The notes under the pieces are model-generated. The model did not search any database. It saw only the letters and a list, made by a program, of their open reading frames with translations, and was not told where the DNA came from. DNA of 64,000 nt. Origin: a virus. The position numbers and the translations under genes were made by a program. Every line of letters starts with the position of its first letter. Positions within the stretch are counted from its first letter, which is position 1. Shown piece by piece: positions 41,528 to 50,027 of the stretch. The stretch covers positions 65,941-129,940 of IMG/VR virus record IMGVR_UViG_3300036820_000003; one strand, written 5' to 3'.

Positions 41528-42524
41528 CACCGAGATCTACCACGGCCCTGGTGACTATCGGGTCAACATCCAGCAGTACACCGGCATCTGCCGGATCGTG
41601 CTGCAGCGCTGGCCGGTTATCTCCGTCAACTCGGTCAAGGTAGCGCCGAACGCGGTCTTTCCGAGACAATGGACCGAGGTGACTACGGGGTACTACGAGC
41701 CCGAATACCCGCCGTCCGGCATATTCGGTTCGGTCGTCCCGACGGGGTCGGGGGATGGCGGTCAGGCGATCATCATCTCTCCCGGATACGTCAACTGGTG
41801 TCTGGGTCGCTGGGGATACGTCATTCAGGTGCAGTACACGAACGGATGGCCGCACGCCGGGCTCGCCGCGAGCTGCCTGCCAGGAGACACGACGATTCAG
41901 GTAGACGACTGCACCGGATGGGCGATCCCGCAATTCGAGACGCAGGTAGTCGGGGCGACCGGTACTATCTTCGACGCGGCTCAGCAGGAAATCATCCAGG
42001 TGTCCGGGGCCTCGGTCGCATCGGGTCCGGGGGTGCTCACCCTTGCCTCGCCTTTGCAGTTCGCCCACGACTCGAACACCGGGATCATCGTTTCGACGGT
42101 GCCGCGCGACATCCAGTGGGCGGTGATCCTGCTGGCGTCGGCAGAGGCACTGGCCCGAGGGGCCACCTCCACCACGGTGCAGGAAGTCGCGGGACGCGCG
42201 CAGAATTCCTCGGAGCGCGGAGACTCACTCCGGCACGAGGCTCACAAGATCCTCAACACTTTCCGGCGGGTGATCTTATGCCGATCGTCGCCGCGCAGCA
42301 GGCTGTGCTCGGGATCCTGCAAGGATTGCCGATGCCGAACGGGAACTACCTGCTGGAAGTGTACATCACACCGCCGGATCCTGAAACCGACTATTCCAAC
42401 CCGCATCTGTACATCTGGCCGACAAAGGGCTCGGAGTCGCGCAACTCGGAGTACGGGGGAGCGTTGCCTCGCAACACCGGAGTGGGGACGTACGCCGGGA
42501 CCAAGGCGGTACGTCACACGCTAG
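41322..42524 (+). CDS. Head-to-tail adaptor-like protein
   Basis: Position; RATSEADGYINQIIRAT, PRDIQWAVILLA; last ~82 codons overlap the next gene. Confidence 0.7.
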   Translation: MTMPPYGPVSPYVSPQMLISAPTGISWNTIPPGSGVTPAMRLAEQANICNRATSEADGYINQIIRATTDTEIYHGPGDYRVNIQQYTGICRIVLQRWPVISVNSVKVAPNAVFPRQWTEVTTGYYEPEYPPSGIFGSVVPTGSGDGGQAIIISPGYVNWCLGRWGYVIQVQYTNGWPHAGLAASCLPGDTTIQVDDCTGWAIPQFETQVVGATGTIFDAAQQEIIQVSGASVASGPGVLTLASPLQFAHDSNTGIIVSTVPRDIQWAVILLASAEALARGATSTTVQEVAGRAQNSSERGDSLRHEAHKILNTFRRVILCRSSPRSRLCSGSCKDCRCRTGTTCWKCTSHRRILKPTIPTRICTSGRQRARSRATRSTGERCLATPEWGRTPGPRRYVTR

Positions 42525-42790
42525 AAGGATTTCTGCGCTGGTACGCCAACAACGACGACGCCGACGCCGACAACTGGTTCCCTGGTCAGGTGGACGCCGT
42601 CATGATGGCGCTGCGAACGTGCACGGATCCGCTGGTGGTGGCGGATCCGTACACTGACGTCGAATCGACTCTGGTAGGGATCGGCGAGGAAATGATGTAC
42701 GAGATCACCATCCGGGCGACTACAGACGAAGCCTACAACATGTACGACGCGCTGATAACCATCCCTCTTTGGGAGATCATGCACTTCTAG
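42278..42790 (+). CDS. Tail completion/terminator-like protein
   Basis: MPIVAAQQAVL...; position before the tail tube gene. Confidence 0.65.
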   Translation: MPIVAAQQAVLGILQGLPMPNGNYLLEVYITPPDPETDYSNPHLYIWPTKGSESRNSEYGGALPRNTGVGTYAGTKAVRHTLEGFLRWYANNDDADADNWFPGQVDAVMMALRTCTDPLVVADPYTDVESTLVGIGEEMMYEITIRATTDEAYNMYDALITIPLWEIMHF

Positions 42791-42800
42791 GAGGGATGCA

Positions 42801-43067
42801 ATGCCCTACCAGCTCATTTTCCCTGATTACATCGATACCTCCACTCATAAGACTCTAGTCGTAACTCCCGGGAACACCTACAGTGTCGCTGTGGCTTCCG
42901 GTCGCATCGCCGCGACTCCGGCGTTGCCGAATGACGGACGACTGATAGTCGCCTCTGGTATCATCAATCTCGAAGAAGAGGTTTTGCCCCAGCCGGGGAA
43001 ACCGCCCGAAGTGGAAAAGCCCGCTGTGACTGTCTCGCAGACGGCTTCTAACAAGGAAGGGGCCTGA
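42801..43067 (+). CDS. Hypothetical protein
   Basis: SD GGAGGG. Confidence 0.7.
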   Translation: MPYQLIFPDYIDTSTHKTLVVTPGNTYSVAVASGRIAATPALPNDGRLIVASGIINLEEEVLPQPGKPPEVEKPAVTVSQTASNKEGA

Positions 43068-43068
43068 T

Positions 43069-44406
43069 ATGCCCGGTGTCAACCCTGTTGTCGGAGTTCA
43101 GCCGTCGGCTGTCTCTCCTTCCGAGAGAAGCTGGGTGGGGGTCGCCCGCGAGCTGACGGCGGGAACCGCCGTGCTGCCGACCAACACGATTCCCATGGAC
43201 TCGAAGTCGTACTCTCCCGAGGATACCATCAAGTTCCTGCCGGATGAGGCTATCCGAGGGCAGATGGCGCTGCTGTACAACGAGATCCTCGGCCCGGCGG
43301 ACGGAACCTTTTCATTCGGCGGTCCCAACTTCCTCGACAGCTACGGATTCTTCCTCGACAACATCTTCGGGGATCTTTCGTCAGCTTACAACGGCGTCTT
43401 CACCGGCACGACCGTGACGGTGACGTCCGGTCCCGCCGTCGGTGCGACGTCCGCGACGGTGACCAACGCCGTCGCCGGGACGTTCACAGCCGGGTCGTAC
43501 ATTCAGTTCGAGCCGTCCACGTCCTCTACTTCCGAAGTCGTCAAGGTGACCGGCACGACCGCCACGGTCATCTACTTCGGGAACAACCCGCTGCGGTTCG
43601 CTCACGGGGTCGGCGGGTCAATCTACACGGTCGGGGCGGGGACCGCGAACACGTTCACGCACACGTTCGCTCTGCTGAACCAGACGCTGGGCTACGCGGG
43701 TCTCCCGGGAGCGCAGCCTCCGACTCACACCATCACCGACAACACCAACATCATCACCGGCACGGTGCAGACCTACGGTCCCGGCAACCCCTACGGCGCT
43801 CGCCAGTATCCGATGGCTTGCGTATCGGCTCTGGACTTCACCGGGAACGCCGAGCAGTTGATCGACATCAAGGTGACGGGAAACAGCTGGCCGTCGGTTG
43901 TCCCGGCGACGGTCTCCACGAACGTCGTGTCGAACGTGATCCCGGTCGCCGCGTGGCGCTCGTCGGTGTACCTAGGCGGTACGGCCGTCGCCAACCAAGT
44001 GTACAACGTCGGCGAGTGGACTGTCAACCTCAAGCGCGAGCTGCACGTCTACTGGACCGCGCAGGCCGCGCAGACCCCGTTCATCATCGCCCGGGGGCCG
44101 TTCTCGGCCGCAGGATCAATGATGTTCTCGGTGGCCTCGGATGACACTGACCTGTACCTGTACATCGAGAACGTGCAGCCGCAGCTTTCCATCAACGTCA
44201 ACAACGGGTTGTCGGGCACGAGTGCCATCTCGCTCACGTTCAACGCGCAGATCGCGGCGTTCATCAAGGGCAAGGTCACCCGAAACTCGGTGCTCATCGG
44301 CTACGACGACAGTTATGACTGCGTTGCGAACTCAGTGAACGTGGGCGGGTCGGGCGGCCTGGCTCCCATCTCGGTGACACTGATCAACGCGGTCCCGACG
44401 TACTAG
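43069..44406 (+). CDS. Major tail tube protein
   Basis: SD AAGGAAGG; Thr/Gly-rich 445 aa immediately before chaperones and TMP. Confidence 0.8.
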   Translation: MPGVNPVVGVQPSAVSPSERSWVGVARELTAGTAVLPTNTIPMDSKSYSPEDTIKFLPDEAIRGQMALLYNEILGPADGTFSFGGPNFLDSYGFFLDNIFGDLSSAYNGVFTGTTVTVTSGPAVGATSATVTNAVAGTFTAGSYIQFEPSTSSTSEVVKVTGTTATVIYFGNNPLRFAHGVGGSIYTVGAGTANTFTHTFALLNQTLGYAGLPGAQPPTHTITDNTNIITGTVQTYGPGNPYGARQYPMACVSALDFTGNAEQLIDIKVTGNSWPSVVPATVSTNVVSNVIPVAAWRSSVYLGGTAVANQVYNVGEWTVNLKRELHVYWTAQAAQTPFIIARGPFSAAGSMMFSVASDDTDLYLYIENVQPQLSINVNNGLSGTSAISLTFNAQIAAFIKGKVTRNSVLIGYDDSYDCVANSVNVGGSGGLAPISVTLINAVPTY

Positions 44407-44411
44407 CCTGA

Positions 44412-44439
44412 TTGACATCTGAATCTGTTATGATAGAAT
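44412..44439 (+). promoter_or_regulatory. Promoter TTGACA-16-TGaTAGAAT followed by two strong hairpins
   Basis: Hairpins at 44446-44477 and 44480-44505. Confidence 0.65.
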
Positions 44440-44537
44440 TGAGTCGCGGGCTGCCTCCTTCGCACCGAACAGCCCGCAGCCCGGGACGGTGCCCCCCGTC
44501 CCGGGTCTAACCTTTGATTAGATCTTTTGGAGCGCGA

Positions 44538-44894
44538 ATGGCTATCGAGCATATTGAGCTTCCCAGCGGAGCCTGGGTTGACTATCGGAATGATCTGAAG
44601 GCCGGAGACAAGTTCGCAACGCAGGACGCGGTCGTACTCGAGTACGACGAATCGGACAAGCGCAAGATCCGAGGCGGGACGACGAACGTGATGCGCAACG
44701 CGCTGCTCGCTCGCATCATCACCGCGTGGTCCTTCCAGGGGATTCCCGTCCCCTCGCAGAACATCGCCGGGATCGAGACCCTGGGTGAAACTCTCGACAT
44801 CGACGATTATAATTTCCTCGCGGAGGCGGTTGCCCCTCTGCTGGACAAGGTGGCGTTCACCTCGGCCCCAAACCAGCGGAAGTCAGGCAGCTAG
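44538..44894 (+). CDS. Tail assembly chaperone (G)
   Basis: Position between tail tube and TMP; ends just after a slippery site. Confidence 0.85.
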   Translation: MAIEHIELPSGAWVDYRNDLKAGDKFATQDAVVLEYDESDKRKIRGGTTNVMRNALLARIITAWSFQGIPVPSQNIAGIETLGETLDIDDYNFLAEAVAPLLDKVAFTSAPNQRKSGS

Positions 44895-45124
44895 CCTCCG
44901 TCTTTTTTGGTAAAGGACGAGGCACGCTCCCTGACAGGCTCCCCCCGCTTGTCCTGCTGTTCCGCTGGTACGCCAAGTCCTACGGGTGGACTCCCGCGCA
45001 GGTGCTGGACCTGCCGGTGGATATTTTCGACTGGCTGCCCGCCATCGAGATGGCCCAGGCCGAGGCCGAGGCGATGGAACAGCGGAAAAACGACGCACAG
45101 AATCGAACTGCACGGAGGCGGTGA
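44867..45124 (+). CDS. -1 frameshift extension of the tail chaperone (T segment)
   Basis: C CCA AAC heptamer at 44867-73; -1 frame open to TGA 45124, encodes YAKSYGWTPAQVLDLP; no own start. Confidence 0.85.
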   Translation, partial: PKPAEVRQLASVFFGKGRGTLPDRLPPLVLLFRWYAKSYGWTPAQVLDLPVDIFDWLPAIEMAQAEAEAMEQRKNDAQNRTARRR

Positions 45125-45130
45125 GTTCGC

Positions 45131-45643
45131 ATGGCGAGTCCCGAGGCGCTGCTCCCCATTCTGCGGAAGCTGGAAGTCGCGACTCTGCGGACTTCGCCTT
45201 ACATCGCCCAGCGAGTCGGGGACGACTTCCAGGACAAGGTCCGCGAGGTGCTGCATCGCTCCGAGCACCCCATGTTCACTCGCACTCCCGCCCCGGCGGG
45301 CGGACCCCCTGCGTTCATGACCGGCGAGCTATCCTACTCGATCTCGGTGCGGGTGAGCGGCGGCGCTTCAACCTCCCGTGCGTGGGTGGGTCCGAAGGAT
45401 GTCATCTACGCCGGGGTGCAGGAGTACGGCGCTGTCATCAACGTCAAGCATACCACGGTGACCAAGACCGGGAAGACGATCCCCGGGTTCATGCGCTGGT
45501 ACGAAGACGGGTCATTCTGGTATAAGCGCCAGGTGCGAATCCCGGAGCGACCCTACATGCGGATCGCCCGGGACGAGGCGCTGACGGACGGATCGATGCA
45601 TCGCTGGTTCCTGGACGCGTTCCTAGAGGCTCAGGGGAGGTGA
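45131..45643 (+). CDS. HK97 gp10-like neck/tail protein
   Basis: TGELSYSI...VGP...YAGVQEYG...IPERPYMR. Confidence 0.7.
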   Translation: MASPEALLPILRKLEVATLRTSPYIAQRVGDDFQDKVREVLHRSEHPMFTRTPAPAGGPPAFMTGELSYSISVRVSGGASTSRAWVGPKDVIYAGVQEYGAVINVKHTTVTKTGKTIPGFMRWYEDGSFWYKRQVRIPERPYMRIARDEALTDGSMHRWFLDAFLEAQGR

Positions 45644-45648
45644 TTTAA

Positions 45649-48600
45649 GTGGATCTTCCGGAGATCAGTCAGGAATTTGACGCTGACGTAACCAAGTACA
45701 TCGCCGGTCTTGAAGAAATGATCGATATGGGTACGCGCTTCGTGTACCAATGCGAAAAAGATGCGGCGGCAGTTGAAGAACTTGAACTGATGCTCGATCA
45801 TCTCGATAGCAAGGTAATCGAGGTGATAACTCATTTCTCCAGCACCGGCGATACAATAGATTCGGAACAGCTAGCAGCTATTGATGCCGCTCGCGAAGAA
45901 CTCTCCTCCCTGGGGGATGAAGAGGAAATCGTCGCTGTAAAGGCGATGATGGCCCGAGCTGCTATAGGTGAGTTCGGCGAGGAGGTTCGAGGCCTCAACG
46001 ACGAGGCGATGATCGCTCAAATGGCTGTTGAGGCACTTACCGGGAAAATGGCGGATTCTACCGAGGCAGCCTCTAGAGAGGGCGCTGCTATCGCAGATTC
46101 CGCCGTGAAAATGACAGCTAAGGAACGAGCTGCAAAAGATCTAAAAGACGCGCTCGACAATCTAGGGCTATCTGAGGAGGATGCCGCCAATCTATTCGAG
46201 CTTTCCGGGAATGCGATTTTCAAGCAGGGCGCGGCTGCGGAGGATAAAACTCAGAAGATCCGTGCTCTCATGGAAGAGAACGGAATTCTCACAGATGGCG
46301 AAGAGGATCTAAGTACGCAGATCGAGAACGCCGTTGACAAAATGCATCGAGCTGCCGCTGCGGCAGATGAGGACACGCAGGCAGTTGCTCGTTACGTTAG
46401 CGCGATGGAAGGCGCGACGTCCGGGACCGAGGACGCAGGAAACGCGGCGCAAGGCGCTGAGAAACGGATTCGTCTGCTCGGAACCGGATTCGCAGTCACC
46501 GGATATCAGCTGCATTGGCTGATTGCCGGGTCGGCCGAGTTCCTGGCAGTCTTCGTCCCCGCGATGATCGCGGCCGGGGCGGCGGCCGGGGCGATGGCTG
46601 AGGGCGTCGGCTGGATCAAGGACCGCCTGATGGCGACTTTCGAGACGACCGAGGCTACCTCCGCAATGATCGGCGAGACCACCGGCAACGTTCTCGGTCT
46701 CAAGGCATCGCTGCAGGAAACCCAGACTGCGGCCGATCCGCAGATCTGGGAGCTACTGGGGGCCGCCGTCAACGCCTGCAAGGAATCCTTCGGGGACTTC
46801 TGGTCACAGGGCGGGGCCGTGGTTCACATGCTGGACGACTTCGGAGCACACCTCGATCTTGTCCTCGGGCCGGGAGGGGTACTCGGGGGGCAGGCCGAGG
46901 GCGCGATCAAGGACATGGTCAACGACCTGAGGCTTTTCGGGCAGATTCTGGGGAACGTCGGGCACATCCTGCTGTCTCTTGCCACGGACATGCCCGGTCT
47001 GGCCGAGGTCATATTCGGGGTCATTTCAACTCTCACAGGGTTCCTGAACATCCTCCTGCAATTCAAGGGCGTCGGTTACTTCGTCACAATCGCGATGGGA
47101 CTTGAGGAGCTGGGTCGCTGGGGCGGGCTGCTCATGCGGATCTTCGCTCCGATGGTCGGATTGTTCGGCAGACTGACGTCCCAGCTGGGTGCCGCGACAA
47201 TGGCGATCGCCGGAACGGATGAGGAGATTCTCCTCATGGACGGCGAGCTCAACAGGCTGAGTGCGACAGCCCTCATCACAGGTGACGCTATGGTCACGGT
47301 CGGGGCGGAAGCCCAGGTGATGGGCGATGAGATGGCTACTGCAGGGGAAATGACCAAAACCCTGCGAGGCACCTTCGCGATGCTGTTCACAACCGACATG
47401 GGCGGGTTCCTGCTGGGAGCGGCGGGGGCGACCGCTCTTGCGATCGCGCTGTCGAGATTGCAGACGGCGGCGCAGGCGGCTGTGGGCGGCATGATGAGCG
47501 GAATCGATTCGGACACCCCGATCAAGGCCTTCAGCCAGATGCTCAATCAGCTTCCCCAGATGCAGCAGGCGGCCAACCAGGCGGCTCAGGCGCAGAATTA
47601 CGTGTCCGATTCGTGGAAGAAGGGCACCGTCGACGCTCGCGACGCCGCTGGCGCGATCGCGTATCTGCGCAGCAACACCGGAGCGTACACCAATGCGGTC
47701 AACTTCCTGACCGGCAACCTCGCCAGCATGATGTCCGCGCAGTTCAAGGTCAACGGCACGACCTACGGACTGGTGCAGGGAATGGCGCTGGCGACGGCTG
47801 CGGGCGTCCAGATGGGCCAGATGTTCAATCAGCAGGGCAATCTATCGGCTTTCGCCCTGCAGATGATCAAGAACCTCATCGTCGGCTATCAGGACATGGC
47901 TCAGACCGGCTCCGTCCTGTCCCAGGATATCAACGCCATCGACGTGCAGACCCTGATGCAGCAGACCGACGTGGACAAGCTGAATCAGGCGTGGGACTCC
48001 TTCCTGAGCACGGTGACAGGCGGGACCTCGTCGCTTGCCTCGCTGAACGACGACCTGGAGACTATCGGAAACGTCACGACATCGCTGAACACCAAGGTGA
48101 CCGCCTTCAGCCAGGAAAAGGGCGGCATCGTGATGACCACCAACCAGATCGCTAAGGCCTTGCAGTCCTTCGGCGGGCAGAGCGCCCAGATCTGGCAGAA
48201 CTACGACTCAGCGGTCACTCAGGCCGGGCAGGTGACCGACTGGCTGCGCACGGCGGCGGCGGCCGGAGGCGTGACGGCTGCTCAATACGGCGAGTCCATC
48301 AAGGGCGTCGTCGCGGAACTGCTCCCGTACGCCAAGGAAAGTCGCACTGCGACTGCAGAGCTGGACGCGCTGGCTCAGCAGGCGGGCGGTCCGACGACGA
48401 CCAGCTACCAGACGCTCGCTGCATGGGTCGGCAATACCAAAGAAGACCAGAAGGAGCTGAACAGCACCGTCCAGCAGGCGACGCAGTTCATGTCCAACCT
48501 GGGAGCTGTGGCCGCCAACCTGTCCGACACGATGAACAGCGAGGTGGACAGCGCCATCGCGACCGGCGCTACCAACTTCCAGGGGATCGCCAAGGCGGCC

Positions 48601-50010
48601 CAGTCGTTTGCAAGTGAGCTGCGCAACGGGACTATCGACTCCACTCCGTTCAACAAGTCGCTGGTCAACATGGTCGGACAGCTGAAGGCAGCGGGCGAGC
48701 CGATCACTGATATCACCAAGGTGCTGGACATCATGGCCACGCGAGCCGGATACAGCGCCGCCCAGATCAAGCTGCTGAACGCCGAGATCGACCACATCCA
48801 CAGCACTAAGGCAACAATCCAGGTTGTCACACAGGCTATCGGAGGCGTCGGACAGGCGGTCGGCGTCAGTCTCGGGTCCAGCGGAAGCGGAAGCGGAAGC
48901 GGAAGCGGCGGTCACTACAACATCTCCCGGGCAGCCGGCGGACGGGTTCCGGGAGGGTACGGCGGCGGGGACGTCGTCCACGCGATGCTGGAGCCGGGCG
49001 AGGCCGTGGTCCCCAAGCATCTTGTCTCGTCGATCGCGCCTTTCCTCGGAAGTCACGGAGTCCCGGGCTTCGCGAAGGGGGGGTACGTGCCGGATAATTA
49101 CCCGATCCATCTGCACCCGAAGGCCAGGAAAGCGGGGGAAACCCCGATGGAGCGGGTCATCTCGCAGTGGTCGAAGGAGATCTGGGGGGATTATCTGCGG
49201 CAGTTCGGGGAGAAGGGACCGATATCGATCGCCAAGATGCGGGAGATCATGGGACCCGAAGTGTCGCCGAACGTAGGGCTGTGGGCGAATCCGCAGTACA
49301 AGCAGCTCCGTCTGGACGAGCGCCTGGAAATGGACCCGTACTATATCAAGGATCTGATGTACAGCAAGGTGCTCGGTCAGGAAGGCTCGCTCAGGAAAAG
49401 CGAGGCTGCCCAGATCGCCAAGTATCGCGCGGACGAGCGGAAGGGCGATCCTTCTGAAACCGCGTACTGGACCAGTAGGTACGAGCAGGACGCCAAGTAC
49501 GACGTAACGCAGGAGTCGTACTACAAGAATCTGCTTAAGAGCACCACCAACAAGAAATTGCGAGACGACTATCTCAAAGACATCGCTCGCTATGCCAAGG
49601 ACGCTGCTGAGTACGAAAAGAAGGCAGCCAACGAGAAGTACTACTACCGCAATGAGTACGAGGCGGACATCAAGGCGCTTGAGAAGACGGATGCCCGGAA
49701 ACTCCTGGACTATCAGAGGGACGCAAGAAGCCTTCTCCGGGGGATGGGATACTCGCGAGGCGGTATGATCCCATTCGGCTCATACGACTCGGGAGGGTAC
49801 CTGCCGGTCGGTCTCTCGATGGCGCTCAACAACACCGGTCGTCCGGAGCCTGTGGGCGGGGGCGGAGTCGGAGGCGGACCTGTACACGTGCATATGCACG
49901 TAGGCAGCCGGGAGATCGCCGAGGCGATCCTGCCCGATCTGGTGGCGTCAACAGCCCGGTACAACACCCGGAATTCCGGGCGCAACACCGGACTGCTGAA
50001 GCCGAGTTAG
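45649..50010 (+). CDS. Tape measure protein
   Basis: 1453 aa, Ala/Gly/Gln-rich helical with hydrophobic segment; AAGGRVPG...AMLEPGEAVV, YDSGGYLP C-terminal motifs. Confidence 0.92.
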   Translation: MDLPEISQEFDADVTKYIAGLEEMIDMGTRFVYQCEKDAAAVEELELMLDHLDSKVIEVITHFSSTGDTIDSEQLAAIDAAREELSSLGDEEEIVAVKAMMARAAIGEFGEEVRGLNDEAMIAQMAVEALTGKMADSTEAASREGAAIADSAVKMTAKERAAKDLKDALDNLGLSEEDAANLFELSGNAIFKQGAAAEDKTQKIRALMEENGILTDGEEDLSTQIENAVDKMHRAAAAADEDTQAVARYVSAMEGATSGTEDAGNAAQGAEKRIRLLGTGFAVTGYQLHWLIAGSAEFLAVFVPAMIAAGAAAGAMAEGVGWIKDRLMATFETTEATSAMIGETTGNVLGLKASLQETQTAADPQIWELLGAAVNACKESFGDFWSQGGAVVHMLDDFGAHLDLVLGPGGVLGGQAEGAIKDMVNDLRLFGQILGNVGHILLSLATDMPGLAEVIFGVISTLTGFLNILLQFKGVGYFVTIAMGLEELGRWGGLLMRIFAPMVGLFGRLTSQLGAATMAIAGTDEEILLMDGELNRLSATALITGDAMVTVGAEAQVMGDEMATAGEMTKTLRGTFAMLFTTDMGGFLLGAAGATALAIALSRLQTAAQAAVGGMMSGIDSDTPIKAFSQMLNQLPQMQQAANQAAQAQNYVSDSWKKGTVDARDAAGAIAYLRSNTGAYTNAVNFLTGNLASMMSAQFKVNGTTYGLVQGMALATAAGVQMGQMFNQQGNLSAFALQMIKNLIVGYQDMAQTGSVLSQDINAIDVQTLMQQTDVDKLNQAWDSFLSTVTGGTSSLASLNDDLETIGNVTTSLNTKVTAFSQEKGGIVMTTNQIAKALQSFGGQSAQIWQNYDSAVTQAGQVTDWLRTAAAAGGVTAAQYGESIKGVVAELLPYAKESRTATAELDALAQQAGGPTTTSYQTLAAWVGNTKEDQKELNSTVQQATQFMSNLGAVAANLSDTMNSEVDSAIATGATNFQGIAKAAQSFASELRNGTIDSTPFNKSLVNMVGQLKAAGEPITDITKVLDIMATRAGYSAAQIKLLNAEIDHIHSTKATIQVVTQAIGGVGQAVGVSLGSSGSGSGSGSGGHYNISRAAGGRVPGGYGGGDVVHAMLEPGEAVVPKHLVSSIAPFLGSHGVPGFAKGGYVPDNYPIHLHPKARKAGETPMERVISQWSKEIWGDYLRQFGEKGPISIAKMREIMGPEVSPNVGLWANPQYKQLRLDERLEMDPYYIKDLMYSKVLGQEGSLRKSEAAQIAKYRADERKGDPSETAYWTSRYEQDAKYDVTQESYYKNLLKSTTNKKLRDDYLKDIARYAKDAAEYEKKAANEKYYYRNEYEADIKALEKTDARKLLDYQRDARSLLRGMGYSRGGMIPFGSYDSGGYLPVGLSMALNNTGRPEPVGGGGVGGGPVHVHMHVGSREIAEAILPDLVASTARYNTRNSGRNTGLLKPS

Positions 50011-50027
50011 ACAACAGGAGGGGCGGG

